From a virus: 64,000 bases of DNA. Positions 7,881 through 17,619 of the stretch are shown piece after piece. Numbering within the stretch: the first letter of the stretch is position 1; each line of letters starts with the position of its first letter. The stretch lies in the IMG/VR virus record IMGVR_UViG_3300046003_007336, positions 134,513-198,512 of that record; one strand, written 5' to 3'. The notes beneath the pieces were generated by a model. That model was not told the DNA's origin, did no database searches, and saw only the letters and a program-made list of their open reading frames with translations. The position numbers and the translations under genes are program-made.

Positions 7881-9677
7881 TTAGCCGAGCGGACCAGCGG
7901 GAGCCCCACCAGGAGGCGGAGCACCCGGTGCGCCACCATCGGCTGGCGGTGCACCCTCCATCTCGCCACCTTCCATATCCGGCTCGTCCATCGGCATGTC
8001 GTCCATACCCATGTCGCCCATCGGACGGATACCAACCGAAGACAGGTCCGCATCGTTCTCGCTTTCGGCCGGGCTGGAACCCGTCGCGCGCTTGAGCTTG
8101 GCGGCGTTTTCCTGTTTCCACAGCGTCTCGTTTTCGAGGATTTCTTCTTCCGTGAGGTTGAGGAACCGCTTGAGCTTGAAACGCTCAGAGAGAATCTTGA
8201 TGCCAGCGACTTGGCTATAGACGGCGGCTTGCGCCTGATCGACTTCGATCTGACGATACTTGGTGAAGTTCTGCGGCGGGTTGAAGCGAATCTCGTAGAG
8301 GTTCGAATCGATCACCATCTCACCTGACTCTGCCAGGAACTTTTTGAACTCGAAATCGAAGACGGGGGCCAGCAGGGTCTGGAGACGCATGCAGTATTTG
8401 TTGAAGCGGTATTCCTGAATCATCGCGGCGCCGAGCTTGCCGTCGTTGTAGGCACCCTGGCCGCTCTCGTCGTCGCCGAGCGGGAGGTATGATTGCGGGA
8501 TGCGGAGACCACGGGCCAGCTTCTTGGTGAACGCGGTCATGTCGCCGATCTCACCGAGGTTGTCTCCGCCCGGCAGGGTTTCGACCTTGGAGCCCCGGCC
8601 TTCAGCGGACTGTGCGAAGTAGAAATCCTCGTTGATCGACAGGGGATTGTAGGCCGCGTCGATCATGGAGTTGCCGCCGCCGCTGTGGTTGGGGATACGA
8701 CGCTGGTGGATTTCGTTCTTCACCTGCTCGATGTGAGCACGAGCCTTGACGGGTGGCATGTTGCCGACGTCGATGTAGAAGACGCGGCGTTCTGGCGCGC
8801 GCTGGACGCGATAGATGATGACCGAGTCCTCAAGGAGTTCCTTCTGCTTGAAGGTCTTGAAAACCGGCTCCAGAACCGACTGACCGAACGGCCAGTTGAT
8901 GTCCATGCCGACGCTGAGGCTGAGGTGAACGACGTGATCTGCGTCGATGGCGAACAGTTCGTTCGACGGGTTGTTGTTCTGGCGCATCTGGCGCGGGTCA
9001 CGCCCAGCACCAGCCATACCGAACGCACCGGAACCACCGCCCGACGACGGGCGAGCCGTGGTGATCGCGGCGCCGCCGTTGGCAGAGCGATACTGGCTCA
9101 TGTCGGCCTTGGAGGCAGCGAACTTCGCTCCGTTGTTGTAGTCGAAACCACGGATGAAATACTCAATGGGCTTCTTGCCGTCTTCTTCATCGACGCGGAC
9201 CATCTCGACCGAGTAGTGATCGAGCCAGAGCCATTCAAAGGTCTCTGGGTCACGAAGGAAGAACGCATCGCCGTTCTTGATGCAGTTGCGGAACGTATAC
9301 CAGAGACGTTTGCGGAACTCGTTCGTCTTGACCCACTTCGCCATGTTGGATTTGAGGATTTTGATCTCAGTCTCGGTGGCGGAATCGTCCAGATAGTGGA
9401 TTTCGAACGGCTCGTCGTTCTGCTCCTCAGACTGGGTGCAGAAATCAGCGATAGTGTCGAGAGCCGCGTTGATGTCGGAGTCGCGGTCCATGTCGTCATA
9501 CTGGTAATAACGCTGGATGCGGTTCGGGTGACCAGCGTAGACTTCCGGGAGGTAGCTCGAATAGTTTGAGCTTGTACCAGTGGGCTCCGACATCCTGTCG
9601 TAGAAACCCATCGCCTGGGACGCGCCGTTGTTATCTTGTGTCGGTTGAGCTACCGAGAAATACTTACGCCAACTCAT
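7881..9677 (-). CDS. portal protein (T4 gp20-like)
   Basis: LEDSVIIYRVQRAPERRVFYIDVGNMP, EDFYF, GSKVETLPGG; likely start MSWRKYF. Confidence 0.95.
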   Translation of the reverse strand: MSWRKYFSVAQPTQDNNGASQAMGFYDRMSEPTGTSSNYSSYLPEVYAGHPNRIQRYYQYDDMDRDSDINAALDTIADFCTQSEEQNDEPFEIHYLDDSATETEIKILKSNMAKWVKTNEFRKRLWYTFRNCIKNGDAFFLRDPETFEWLWLDHYSVEMVRVDEEDGKKPIEYFIRGFDYNNGAKFAASKADMSQYRSANGGAAITTARPSSGGGSGAFGMAGAGRDPRQMRQNNNPSNELFAIDADHVVHLSLSVGMDINWPFGQSVLEPVFKTFKQKELLEDSVIIYRVQRAPERRVFYIDVGNMPPVKARAHIEQVKNEIHQRRIPNHSGGGNSMIDAAYNPLSINEDFYFAQSAEGRGSKVETLPGGDNLGEIGDMTAFTKKLARGLRIPQSYLPLGDDESGQGAYNDGKLGAAMIQEYRFNKYCMRLQTLLAPVFDFEFKKFLAESGEMVIDSNLYEIRFNPPQNFTKYRQIEVDQAQAAVYSQVAGIKILSERFKLKRFLNLTEEEILENETLWKQENAAKLKRATGSSPAESENDADLSSVGIRPMGDMGMDDMPMDEPDMEGGEMEGAPPADGGAPGAPPPGGAPAGPLG

Positions 9678-9751
9678 ATGTCGTCTCACTTTTAAGTCAA
9701 GGGGCAGTATAGCAGAGCCCGCATTGTGAGACTATTTAGTATAGACAGAAC

Positions 9752-12589
9752 TTAGGAATCTTTGATCTGGGTTAGGAGGACGTTTGTTCTCCGGGCAGCA
9801 GCCCGCTGTTCTTGCTGAATACCAAGCATGGCCTCGAACATTCCCTTCATATCCTTCTGGGTTTTGTTCAGTTGCTCGAACAATCCGGTGTTGGCGCGGT
9901 TGGCGTTTGTCTGTGCAGCCAGGGTTTCGTTGATGGTTCCCAGGCGGCCTTCGGTAGCCCTCGCAGCGTCTGGCGCGGTGGCGGGGCGGGCTCTGCCGAA
10001 GTTTCGGGCCAGCATGCCACCCAAGGCTGCTGGCATAGTCATGGGATTCAAGAGGGGGGCGGCGCGGGCCAATGGCCGTGCAGCATTACCCGCCATGCGA
10101 CCGAGGCCACCAACGAACCTGTCCGTGCGGTCGCGGCCAATCAGATCACGGCCCAGGATGGCCCCATCCATGAGGAGAGAGCCGATGGTTCCGATAACCG
10201 GAACGGTTCCCATAGCCGACGAGAGGCCTTCCATTCCGGCGCCGACACCGTCGCCCTCGGCGAGACGCATAGCAGCCAGACCGGCACCAACGCCGAGACC
10301 GACGCCGGGGATTTTCTTACCCAGGATGCCGCCAACGCGTCCTGCAACACGAGCACCGATGCGAGCCGCACCGCGCATACCAGCACGACCACCCACACGA
10401 CGAGCAACGCCACCGGCAACCCGCGCGACGCGAGACCCAGCAGATGCATGGGTTGCGACAGATGCGGCCGGGCGGGAGGCTCCACGAACGCCGCCTGCGA
10501 CGCTGCCAGCAACGTCAGTAGCCGCTCCGGCGATATCACCCATGAACATGCTTCCCATCAGGGCGGCACCGCCAACGGCTCCCGCGAGACGACCGCGACC
10601 ACCACCCATGAGGCGACCGGCCACACCGGCTGCACCGCGTCCACGACCCATGTGGCGGCCACCATCGGAAACGTCACGCACACGGCTGCCGAAGCTGCCA
10701 CGGGCCGCTCCACCACCACCACGACCACCGCCACCACCGCCTCGTCCACCACGTCCACGACGGCCCCGGCCACGACCGAAGCCGCCGCCCATGCCACCAT
10801 TGACGATCACGTTTGCGGCGTTGATGTTGACGTTGCTTCCCATCATGTGACGGAAAATGCCACCGATGACCTTCGGGCCCAGCCAGAGCAAAAGACCGGC
10901 ACCGACGAGGGCGATCTTTTTGGCCGTGTCACCGAAGGTGTTGCCGATGAAATCCAGACCAGACGTGAAGGCATTGACGACGTGCCCGATAGGGGCCGCG
11001 ATCATGGTCAAGTAGCTGATAAGGGTCAGGATGCCCTTACCGAAATCTGCCGCGATATCGATGCCCGTCTGGAGAGTTTTGGCGAACCGCTCAACGTCTT
11101 CGGGTTTGAGATTGGCGAAGTAGTTGCCGATCTTTTCACCGAGCATCTTCGCAGCCATTTCGAAGTTCTTGAACGACTCGGAATCGAACATGTAGGCCAT
11201 GTTCTCATCGAGCTTCTCAAGGCTGCCGAACAGTCCCTCCAGAACGCTTCCGGCGAGCCGCTTGAAGATGTTACCAAGGGCCAGAAGACCGTTGGTCAGG
11301 CCCTTGTTGGCCTCCTGCTGCTGAGCCAGTTGACGGAACTCGGCCGCCGACATGTCCTTCATCGCAGCATCCATGTTGATGATCTGCTCAGCGTGAGTGT
11401 TTCCGGCCAGAACTTGTAGGCGGAGAGATTCGCGGTTCGCGTCAACTTCGCGCTTGAATTTCTGCATGAAGGCGAACGAGAGGTCTTGGCCCTCAGTCGC
11501 CGACGACGCGTTGTCCATCGCGGAAATCCAGTCCTGCTGGGCCGAGATCATCTGTGGGAGGCCGCCCTGCGCGAACATCTCGGTGCCCTGGTTGAACAGG
11601 GCCGACTGATGACCGAGAGCGTTGGACATGAAGTTGGCCAGCAACTGGCCGGACTCGCCGGGGATAGCTGCCATGGCCGAGACGGCGCCGTTGGCGGCAG
11701 CCGAGAAGTTTTCCATGGAAGCCTCGGTCATTCCGCCCATGCGGGCCGTAATGGCGGCTTGAGACATGGCCTCCATGGTGGCCTTGAGGATTTCCTCACG
11801 GCCCTTACCGAATGCCTTGGAGAGATCACCCACGCCTTTGGCGAGCGCGATTGAGTTGGCCTGAGAGCGCGTCGAGTTGGCGGCTTCCATGTTGCCGAAG
11901 TGACGCTGCTGTTCGAGGTATGACATCGTCACCTCGTTGAGGCCCTCAATGGTGTAGCCGTACATGCCGAATTTCTCGGTTGACTGGCGAACACCCTTGG
12001 CGAGTCGCATAACGTCCTTCTGTCCGAAGGCCGCGATGGTCTTGCCATTTTTCTTGATCAGGTCGGCGAAATCAGACAGCGGGAGACCAGCGGCAGCGGC
12101 AGACCGCGCCATGGTGAACAGGCTTCCGTTGAAGGTCTGACCGACCTCGGCTGTATCCCGGTAGGTGCGGATGAGGTTTGTCGCGCCGCCGATCATGCCG
12201 CCGATGACGCCACCCATGCCGAAGTATCCAGCGAACTTGGACAGTGACCGACCGGCCTCGTCTGAGTTCTGACCCAGGACGCCAACGCCCTTGGCTGCGC
12301 CCGACAGGGAACGACGCATGATGCCCCGTTCGTTCTCATCGAGCTTGTGGGATTTGCGGCTCTGGCCTTCGCGACGCTTCAGATCACCGTCGAGCTTCAC
12401 CCTGGCCTTGGCACGATTGTCTTCTTCGCGATCACGGGCGCGGTCCTTTGCGCTCGTGCCAGAACCGGAAGACTTGGAGTTGCGATTCTTCTGATCGGCG
12501 AGCGAGCGCGTGACCCTATCGAGAGAACCAGTGTTCTTCCGAAGTTCATTCATGAACTGCTCAAACTGTTCGGAAGAAATATCGCTCAT
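9752..12589 (-). CDS. putative tape measure protein
   Basis: 945 aa, helical Ala/Gly-rich with hydrophobic segments; divergent from chaperone gene. Confidence 0.7.
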   Translation of the reverse strand: MSDISSEQFEQFMNELRKNTGSLDRVTRSLADQKNRNSKSSGSGTSAKDRARDREEDNRAKARVKLDGDLKRREGQSRKSHKLDENERGIMRRSLSGAAKGVGVLGQNSDEAGRSLSKFAGYFGMGGVIGGMIGGATNLIRTYRDTAEVGQTFNGSLFTMARSAAAAGLPLSDFADLIKKNGKTIAAFGQKDVMRLAKGVRQSTEKFGMYGYTIEGLNEVTMSYLEQQRHFGNMEAANSTRSQANSIALAKGVGDLSKAFGKGREEILKATMEAMSQAAITARMGGMTEASMENFSAAANGAVSAMAAIPGESGQLLANFMSNALGHQSALFNQGTEMFAQGGLPQMISAQQDWISAMDNASSATEGQDLSFAFMQKFKREVDANRESLRLQVLAGNTHAEQIINMDAAMKDMSAAEFRQLAQQQEANKGLTNGLLALGNIFKRLAGSVLEGLFGSLEKLDENMAYMFDSESFKNFEMAAKMLGEKIGNYFANLKPEDVERFAKTLQTGIDIAADFGKGILTLISYLTMIAAPIGHVVNAFTSGLDFIGNTFGDTAKKIALVGAGLLLWLGPKVIGGIFRHMMGSNVNINAANVIVNGGMGGGFGRGRGRRGRGGRGGGGGGRGGGGAARGSFGSRVRDVSDGGRHMGRGRGAAGVAGRLMGGGRGRLAGAVGGAALMGSMFMGDIAGAATDVAGSVAGGVRGASRPAASVATHASAGSRVARVAGGVARRVGGRAGMRGAARIGARVAGRVGGILGKKIPGVGLGVGAGLAAMRLAEGDGVGAGMEGLSSAMGTVPVIGTIGSLLMDGAILGRDLIGRDRTDRFVGGLGRMAGNAARPLARAAPLLNPMTMPAALGGMLARNFGRARPATAPDAARATEGRLGTINETLAAQTNANRANTGLFEQLNKTQKDMKGMFEAMLGIQQEQRAAARRTNVLLTQIKDS

Positions 12590-12689
12590 AATGCCCGCAT
12601 CTGCTAGTATTCATTGATATTTATGTGTTCGATTATGTGGGCAGTTTATGCGTCCATAAATACGGACATAAGTCATTCCAAAGGAACTC

Positions 12690-13565
12690 ATGACCAACAT
12701 TGTTGACGGCCCCGAGACCGAAGTTGCGATCAACCCACTCACCAAGTATTTCCGCGTTCCGGGTCTCGACGTGACTCTGCCGACTCAGGGTATGTTCTTC
12801 CCCGCTGGCACGGCGTCTCTCCAGGAAGGCGGCACCGCCTCCATTCTGCCGATGCGGGCAGCGGACGAACTCCTACTCAAGCATCCCGACATGCTGCTGA
12901 GCGGCAAGGCCATTGAGGAACTCATCCGTAGCTGCGTTCCGGCCATTCACGACCCCATGCTGGTAAGCACGCCGGACCTCGATGTCCTCCTGCTCGCTAT
13001 TCGTGCAGCGACCTACGGGGACGAGATGGAGGTGCAGGCCGACTGCCCGAACTGTGGCGCCGAGAACCTCTTCGGAGCCAACCTGCCGATGATCTTGCAG
13101 AACGCCAAGGTGATCACGGAGGAGGACATCCAGGTTCGCCTGTCAGACGATCTGGTCGTCTATGTCCGGCCCTACAACTTCAAAGACGCCACCCGGCTGT
13201 CGATCATGACCTTCAACGAGACCCGCAAGGTTCAGAATATCGAGAACACCGACGAGGAGCCCGACGCCAAGGTCAAGCAGATGAACACCAGCATGGAATC
13301 GCTGACCAAGCTGTCGGTGGAAATCATGTCCGACTGCGTGGTGAAAATCATGACCCCGGATGGCGAGGTCACCGACCGCAACCATATTCGTGGCTTCGTG
13401 GTCAACACGACCAGGAACTGGACGTCTAAAATCGACGAAAAGCTTCAGGAACTCAACGAGAAGGGCATCGACAAGTCTGTCAAGGCAACGTGCTCGTCTT
13501 GTAAGCACGAATGGGACACCAGCATCGAGTTTGACCCGGCAAGTTTTTTCGATTCCGGCTCCTGA
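12690..13565 (+). CDS. baseplate hub/tail assembly chaperone (gp26-like)
   Basis: YFR.PG, MRAADELLLK.PD.L.SG, AIRAATYG, CPNCG and CSSC Zn motifs; TAAATA at 12657-12662. Confidence 0.8.
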   Translation: MTNIVDGPETEVAINPLTKYFRVPGLDVTLPTQGMFFPAGTASLQEGGTASILPMRAADELLLKHPDMLLSGKAIEELIRSCVPAIHDPMLVSTPDLDVLLLAIRAATYGDEMEVQADCPNCGAENLFGANLPMILQNAKVITEEDIQVRLSDDLVVYVRPYNFKDATRLSIMTFNETRKVQNIENTDEEPDAKVKQMNTSMESLTKLSVEIMSDCVVKIMTPDGEVTDRNHIRGFVVNTTRNWTSKIDEKLQELNEKGIDKSVKATCSSCKHEWDTSIEFDPASFFDSGS

Positions 13566-13783
13566 GGGCCACGACCTACGAAGGGGTACAGGCTCTGATC
13601 AACCAGTACCGGTATGAGCAGAGAGAACTCAGGCAGCACATCATTTCCATCCTGTGGCACATGCGGGGTGGGATTTCCCGCGAAGAAGCGTGGAGCCTTG
13701 CCCCGGTTGAGCGCGCTGATATAATGAAGTTCATCGAAGAACGAATGAAGATCGTCGAGAAAACAAAGCTACCCATGATATGA
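13544..13783 (+). CDS. -1 frame extension of the chaperone (predicted frameshift product) or separate short ORF
   Basis: T TTT TTC heptamer, hairpin 6 nt downstream, -1 frame open 77 codons to TGA at 13781-13783. Confidence 0.65.
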   Translation, partial: FFRFRLLRATTYEGVQALINQYRYEQRELRQHIISILWHMRGGISREEAWSLAPVERADIMKFIEERMKIVEKTKLPMI

Positions 13784-14262
13784 CGAAACGTATATCCGAC
13801 AGCGAAATCTACGTCTCAGTCCCAGTTCCGAAGTCGATGGTTTCGGAGATGGGGGACCTCATGGCCGAGTTCTATCCAGGCCTACGCATCAACGAAGTCA
13901 GCACCACTATGCTGGCTTTGCTCTTGCTCTCAAGGGGAGACAACGTTGAGTGGATGCGTGGCATGGTGGATGAAATCAACCTGCCAAACTACGAAATCGC
14001 CGCCCGAGAACATCCCGTGGAAGTAGAGGGCAACACGACCGCCAATCTGGGTAAAATTCTATGGTGCGCTCAGAACGCATCTGCGGGATGGAGCTATCGG
14101 TTCGTTAGAAAACGTCGGAGGAATGCCGAACTCGTCACGGTCGGCCATGTTGAGTTCAGCTTCACCGAGCCCCTCGACGTATCGAAGTTTTTCTTCAGCT
14201 TCACGGACGCAAAGCCTATCGACTCTTCTGAATCTCTTCGATGTGGATACCAGCAAGGTTGA
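13780..14262 (+). CDS. hypothetical protein
   Basis: ATGA overlap with upstream frame; 160 aa. Confidence 0.65.
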   Translation: MTKRISDSEIYVSVPVPKSMVSEMGDLMAEFYPGLRINEVSTTMLALLLLSRGDNVEWMRGMVDEINLPNYEIAAREHPVEVEGNTTANLGKILWCAQNASAGWSYRFVRKRRRNAELVTVGHVEFSFTEPLDVSKFFFSFTDAKPIDSSESLRCGYQQG

Positions 14263-14605
14263 GATGACGCCGGACGTGCGTGCATCGCCATCCTGGCTTA
14301 TTGTTGGCCAACGTCCGATATAGCTCAAGGACCGACTGCAAGCTGGCGTCCTTGCATCGCCACGTTCCGTTAGCCTGATTGACCACCAGATTGGAATCGC
14401 CGAGGAACTCGACGTCCGGGTAGCCGCACTCATCGGCGAGTGTGGCAGCCATCAGAAGGGCCAGCCACTCCGCCTTGTTGTTCGTGCCGTGGTCGAGGCG
14501 ATAGTGAACCACTTTCTTGGCGATGCCGGGTTGGTCTGGCACGAACACGCATGCCTCCATGGAGCCGGGGTTGGGCTGGCAGCCGCCGTCGAAGTAGATT
14601 TTCAT
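14216..14605 (-). CDS. rnhA: ribonuclease HI-like protein
   Basis: YFDGG..PNPG, TNNKAEW.AL, GDSNLVVNQ.NG.W motifs; TGATG coupling at 14605. Confidence 0.9.
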   Translation of the reverse strand: MKIYFDGGCQPNPGSMEACVFVPDQPGIAKKVVHYRLDHGTNNKAEWLALLMAATLADECGYPDVEFLGDSNLVVNQANGTWRCKDASLQSVLELYRTLANNKPGWRCTHVRRHLNLAGIHIEEIQKSR

Positions 14606-14841
14606 CAGAAGTTTTGGAGTTCCTGACCGCGCTTGGTCTTGATAAAATACTGATGACACTTCGCAGTGGTGTGCATCTTGGTGACGGAGACGCCGGGCCT
14701 CACCTCGGTGGTGACCAGATACCGGTCTCCTACAATGCAGCCGTTGGCGAAATAGTCAACCGCCGACAGGCTGGCCACGCATATCGCGACCACGAATCCG
14801 ACTGCCACCAATGTGGCAATCCGGTCGTCTTTGTTCTTCAT
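14605..14841 (-). CDS. small membrane protein
   Basis: N-terminal hydrophobic helix; coupled to neighbours. Confidence 0.65.
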   Translation of the reverse strand: MKNKDDRIATLVAVGFVVAICVASLSAVDYFANGCIVGDRYLVTTEVRPGVSVTKMHTTAKCHQYFIKTKRGQELQNF

Positions 14842-15095
14842 GGCCGGGCCATTTTTCTGACCGCCCGAGCCTGCGCTTTCGCGGCCTCGCGCATGTAATC
14901 CCGAGCCAGCTTCGGGGCCTTTTCCTTCACATATGTGGATGGCGTGTGGCGGCCGGGGTCATCCTTGAGGAGACGCTTCTTGTAGAAACCACCGCGACCA
15001 TACTTGACCGCCTGCTGGACGTCCGCAGGAGCAACCCCACGAACGCCAGCTTCGATTTTCTTGACCTCGCCACCACGAGCCAGGAACTCCGCCAT
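14838..15095 (-). CDS. hypothetical basic protein
   Basis: MAEFLARGGEVKKI...; start chosen just downstream of the upstream gene's stop. Confidence 0.55.
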   Translation of the reverse strand: MAEFLARGGEVKKIEAGVRGVAPADVQQAVKYGRGGFYKKRLLKDDPGRHTPSTYVKEKAPKLARDYMREAAKAQARAVRKMARP

Positions 15096-15103
15096 GTAGT
15101 CGG

Positions 15104-15889
15104 TCAACGGCGCGCACCCCGGATGTTGTTGACGCCCGTGGCGTCCCGGTTTCGAGCACCCCGCAATCCCGGAGGCGCACGGTCGCCCTGCCGGAGCGGC
15201 GGGTCGGTCAGGCGCAACAGGTAGTCGGCTTTTTCCTGATAGCGGAACTCGACGCCCCATTTGTTCCGGTCATTGCTTTCGCCCTCGCGAATGATGCAGA
15301 CATTCCACTTCGCGTCAGTGGGCAGAACCCCATGCAGCTTGATCGGCACGGCGTTGTAGGCCGAGCGCACCGCCTTGCCGTCATCGACCACGACTGCTCG
15401 GTTGACGAGTTGGACGTGACGCTTCACCCGCCCATCGTGGGGCTGAATGAGGGTGATGGGCCCAGAGGTCTTTTTCATCATGTCCTCGGCTTGCGAGCGA
15501 TGCGTCCGAACCATCTCGACCACGAGGGCACGACGGGTCGCCGGATGCAGGGAGACGGTGTTACCGACTGCGCCCAGCAGCAGCTTCGTGCGCTCGTCGA
15601 GGCTCGACCGTCCGTTCTCATCAAAGAGATAGGCGCGATAGGGCTCCAGGGTCTTCGGAAGGTTGTCCGAGGTCAGCGACGAGATCGAGACGCCCAGCGC
15701 GGCCATTTCACCCAGAAGGGCTTCATTGATGGTGGCGAAGATTTCCGGCGACGTGCGGAGCCACGGGGCGAACCCGGCCAGAACACCGTTGTAGTAAGAA
15801 ATCTCGTTGCGGATGAAAGAGCGCAGCCGGGGCTTGTCGTCCGGGGCAACCTCTGCTTCAAAAGTCCATCGTGATGGCATATGCGCCAT
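15104..15889 (-). CDS. hypothetical protein resembling the N-terminal half of TnpB, no RuvC
   Basis: By-eye alignment to TnpB N-terminal F..L..YN..L pattern and IKLH..L..WxV pattern; GGAG RBS. Confidence 0.45.
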   Translation of the reverse strand: MAHMPSRWTFEAEVAPDDKPRLRSFIRNEISYYNGVLAGFAPWLRTSPEIFATINEALLGEMAALGVSISSLTSDNLPKTLEPYRAYLFDENGRSSLDERTKLLLGAVGNTVSLHPATRRALVVEMVRTHRSQAEDMMKKTSGPITLIQPHDGRVKRHVQLVNRAVVVDDGKAVRSAYNAVPIKLHGVLPTDAKWNVCIIREGESNDRNKWGVEFRYQEKADYLLRLTDPPLRQGDRAPPGLRGARNRDATGVNNIRGARR

Positions 15890-15947
15890 AGTGTTTCTCC
15901 AAATATGAGAGCATCATATCCAGCGAGACCTCCGAAAAGCAAAATGT

Positions 15948-16352
15948 TTAGGGGTTGGGCTTCAGGGTGTTGGCCTGAATGCGGGCCGATATCCATTTGT
16001 TGAACGACAGGGGGTCCAATAGGGCATGTGAGACCATGATCTCGTAGGTTTCCCAGTAGGACATCTCGGATTTGGAAGCACAAATCCGCAGAACCGTTCG
16101 GGTGAAATCGTCGGGGTTCAGGGTGACCAGGGCTTTGAGTTCATCCGAGGAGCCGTAGTATTTGGGCCAGTCGGATGCCTTCTGGGAAATCCGGCGCCGT
16201 TTCTTGCCCTTTAGGGGTGGCTTGGCCACGCGGTTCCAGAAAATCTTCTTGCCGATATAATACATCCCGGTAGAGATTTGCTCAATGCGATAGATGAAAC
16301 CAACCGCATCTTCAGGGGCCTGCGTAAACTCTTGGCCATCATACATCCACAT
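15948..16352 (-). CDS. GIY-YIG family endonuclease
   Basis: GFIYRI...YYIGKK, YYGSS; TAAATA 5 nt upstream. Confidence 0.85.
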   Translation of the reverse strand: MWMYDGQEFTQAPEDAVGFIYRIEQISTGMYYIGKKIFWNRVAKPPLKGKKRRRISQKASDWPKYYGSSDELKALVTLNPDDFTRTVLRICASKSEMSYWETYEIMVSHALLDPLSFNKWISARIQANTLKPNP

Positions 16353-16402
16353 ACCCCTATTTACAGTTTACAGCACCGGCCCTCGTGTTGTAGTGTGCTG
16401 GC

Positions 16403-16753
16403 ATGCGCTTGAAGAGAGGCGAGGTCGCCAAGAAGCGGCGTGTTCGCACCCGGAGGACAAAAAGAACGGCACCGAGCATCCGCTCGATGATTCGTCCTGC
16501 CCGCTACGCTGGGTTCGATTTCATGGTGCAGTTGAAGCCGGTGTCTCGTTGGGACTTCGAGATCATCGACCGTAATCCCCTCTTGGAAACCATCCGGGCG
16601 GCTGGCCTATCGCGCTTCAAGATCGTCAAGACCGATGGGTATGCGGATGCCTTCATTCGCATCTACGTGGCCAATATAGCTGCCGTCCTGGCTATCAAGA
16701 TGATCGCGGGCGACGAAGTTTGGAAGATATTCCGTCTCGTCGATAAGAAGTAA
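16403..16753 (+). CDS. hypothetical protein
   Basis: 116 aa; promoter-like TTTACA...TAGTGT 6 nt before ATG. Confidence 0.6.
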   Translation: MRLKRGEVAKKRRVRTRRTKRTAPSIRSMIRPARYAGFDFMVQLKPVSRWDFEIIDRNPLLETIRAAGLSRFKIVKTDGYADAFIRIYVANIAAVLAIKMIAGDEVWKIFRLVDKK

Positions 16754-16790
16754 TTTGGTTCCCGGATAGGGGTTCTAATATACTTCATGT

Positions 16791-17306
16791 ATGAACGAAG
16801 ATGACCCCAAGCTTGACGAGTTCCTCAGCCTTCTGAATACCGCCGTTTCTGTTGAAGAACTAGAAAAAATCGAAGAAGATGAAGAAGAAGAACTCGACAC
16901 ATCTCTGAGTTTTGTTACTTCATCCAATACCCTTTGGGTGAACGGCAACGTCGGTATTGGCGCAAGCGTGGGTCATTCCACGTTGAGCTTCACCGGAGGA
17001 GCTACATTTTCAAGCGGCAACGCGTTCTCGACTTCGCATGCCGAATATCTACGAGGCGAGGAAATCGAAGGTCAGTTCGTCGTCGAGGTTAAATCTGAAC
17101 TTCCGGTGGTGATCAAGACCCAGAACGGAGAGATCAACCTCGACAAGCTGGCGGCAATGATGACTCGTATGGACGAGGTCTTCTGTGTGGTCGAGAAAAT
17201 GAACGCCGACGACCCAAACTTTCCCGCACTCCAGACGGCATATCGGCACTTCCGGGTCGTCGAAGCTATCGCCCGCAGCACGCCTCCGCCCGAAGATGGC
17301 GAGTGA
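16791..17306 (+). CDS. hypothetical protein
   Basis: 171 aa, acidic N-terminus. Confidence 0.65.
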   Translation: MNEDDPKLDEFLSLLNTAVSVEELEKIEEDEEEELDTSLSFVTSSNTLWVNGNVGIGASVGHSTLSFTGGATFSSGNAFSTSHAEYLRGEEIEGQFVVEVKSELPVVIKTQNGEINLDKLAAMMTRMDEVFCVVEKMNADDPNFPALQTAYRHFRVVEAIARSTPPPEDGE

Positions 17307-17619
17307 GTGGTTCAACACCGCCTACATGGCGGTGAGATCGGGTCATCGACCCCTATATGACGTTGTGAGACGCCCGCAGTGGCATAACCTGACAGTCGAG
17401 GGAGCACTGGCGGTCTTGCTGGACAAACGATTCAGCGTGCCCCTCAAATATCATATCGACGATGCCTATATGGCCTCGGAAGAATTCCTCAACCTTCTCG
17501 ACGAGACCAACACCGACCTGGGGCCATGGGTGTCGTTTCGCCACAACGAATCCGTCTACATGGTTTTCTCAAGCGCGGCAGACGCGGCGGTGTTTCGCCT
17601 GATGTGGTCCGCCTACTAG
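17296..17619 (+). CDS. hypothetical protein (C-terminal AAVFRLMW motif)
   Basis: 107 aa overlapping upstream stop. Confidence 0.65.
   Translation: MASEWFNTAYMAVRSGHRPLYDVVRRPQWHNLTVEGALAVLLDKRFSVPLKYHIDDAYMASEEFLNLLDETNTDLGPWVSFRHNESVYMVFSSAADAAVFRLMWSAY

Noticed and set aside
3719-11419. Long antisense ORFs (3719-4768, 6751-7563, 8493-9569, 9812-11419 and similar ones elsewhere)
   Set aside because: Shadow frames opposite well-supported genes, expected from high-GC codon bias; no motifs or RBS
15100-15150. GTCAAC...GTTGAC stem at the 3' end of the TnpB-like gene as a possible omega/reRNA
   Set aside because: Short and weak, with wobble pairs favouring the opposite strand; insufficient evidence
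15948-16352. GIY-YIG gene as an intron-borne mobile element
   Set aside because: Free-standing with its own late promoter; no split gene or intron structure around it
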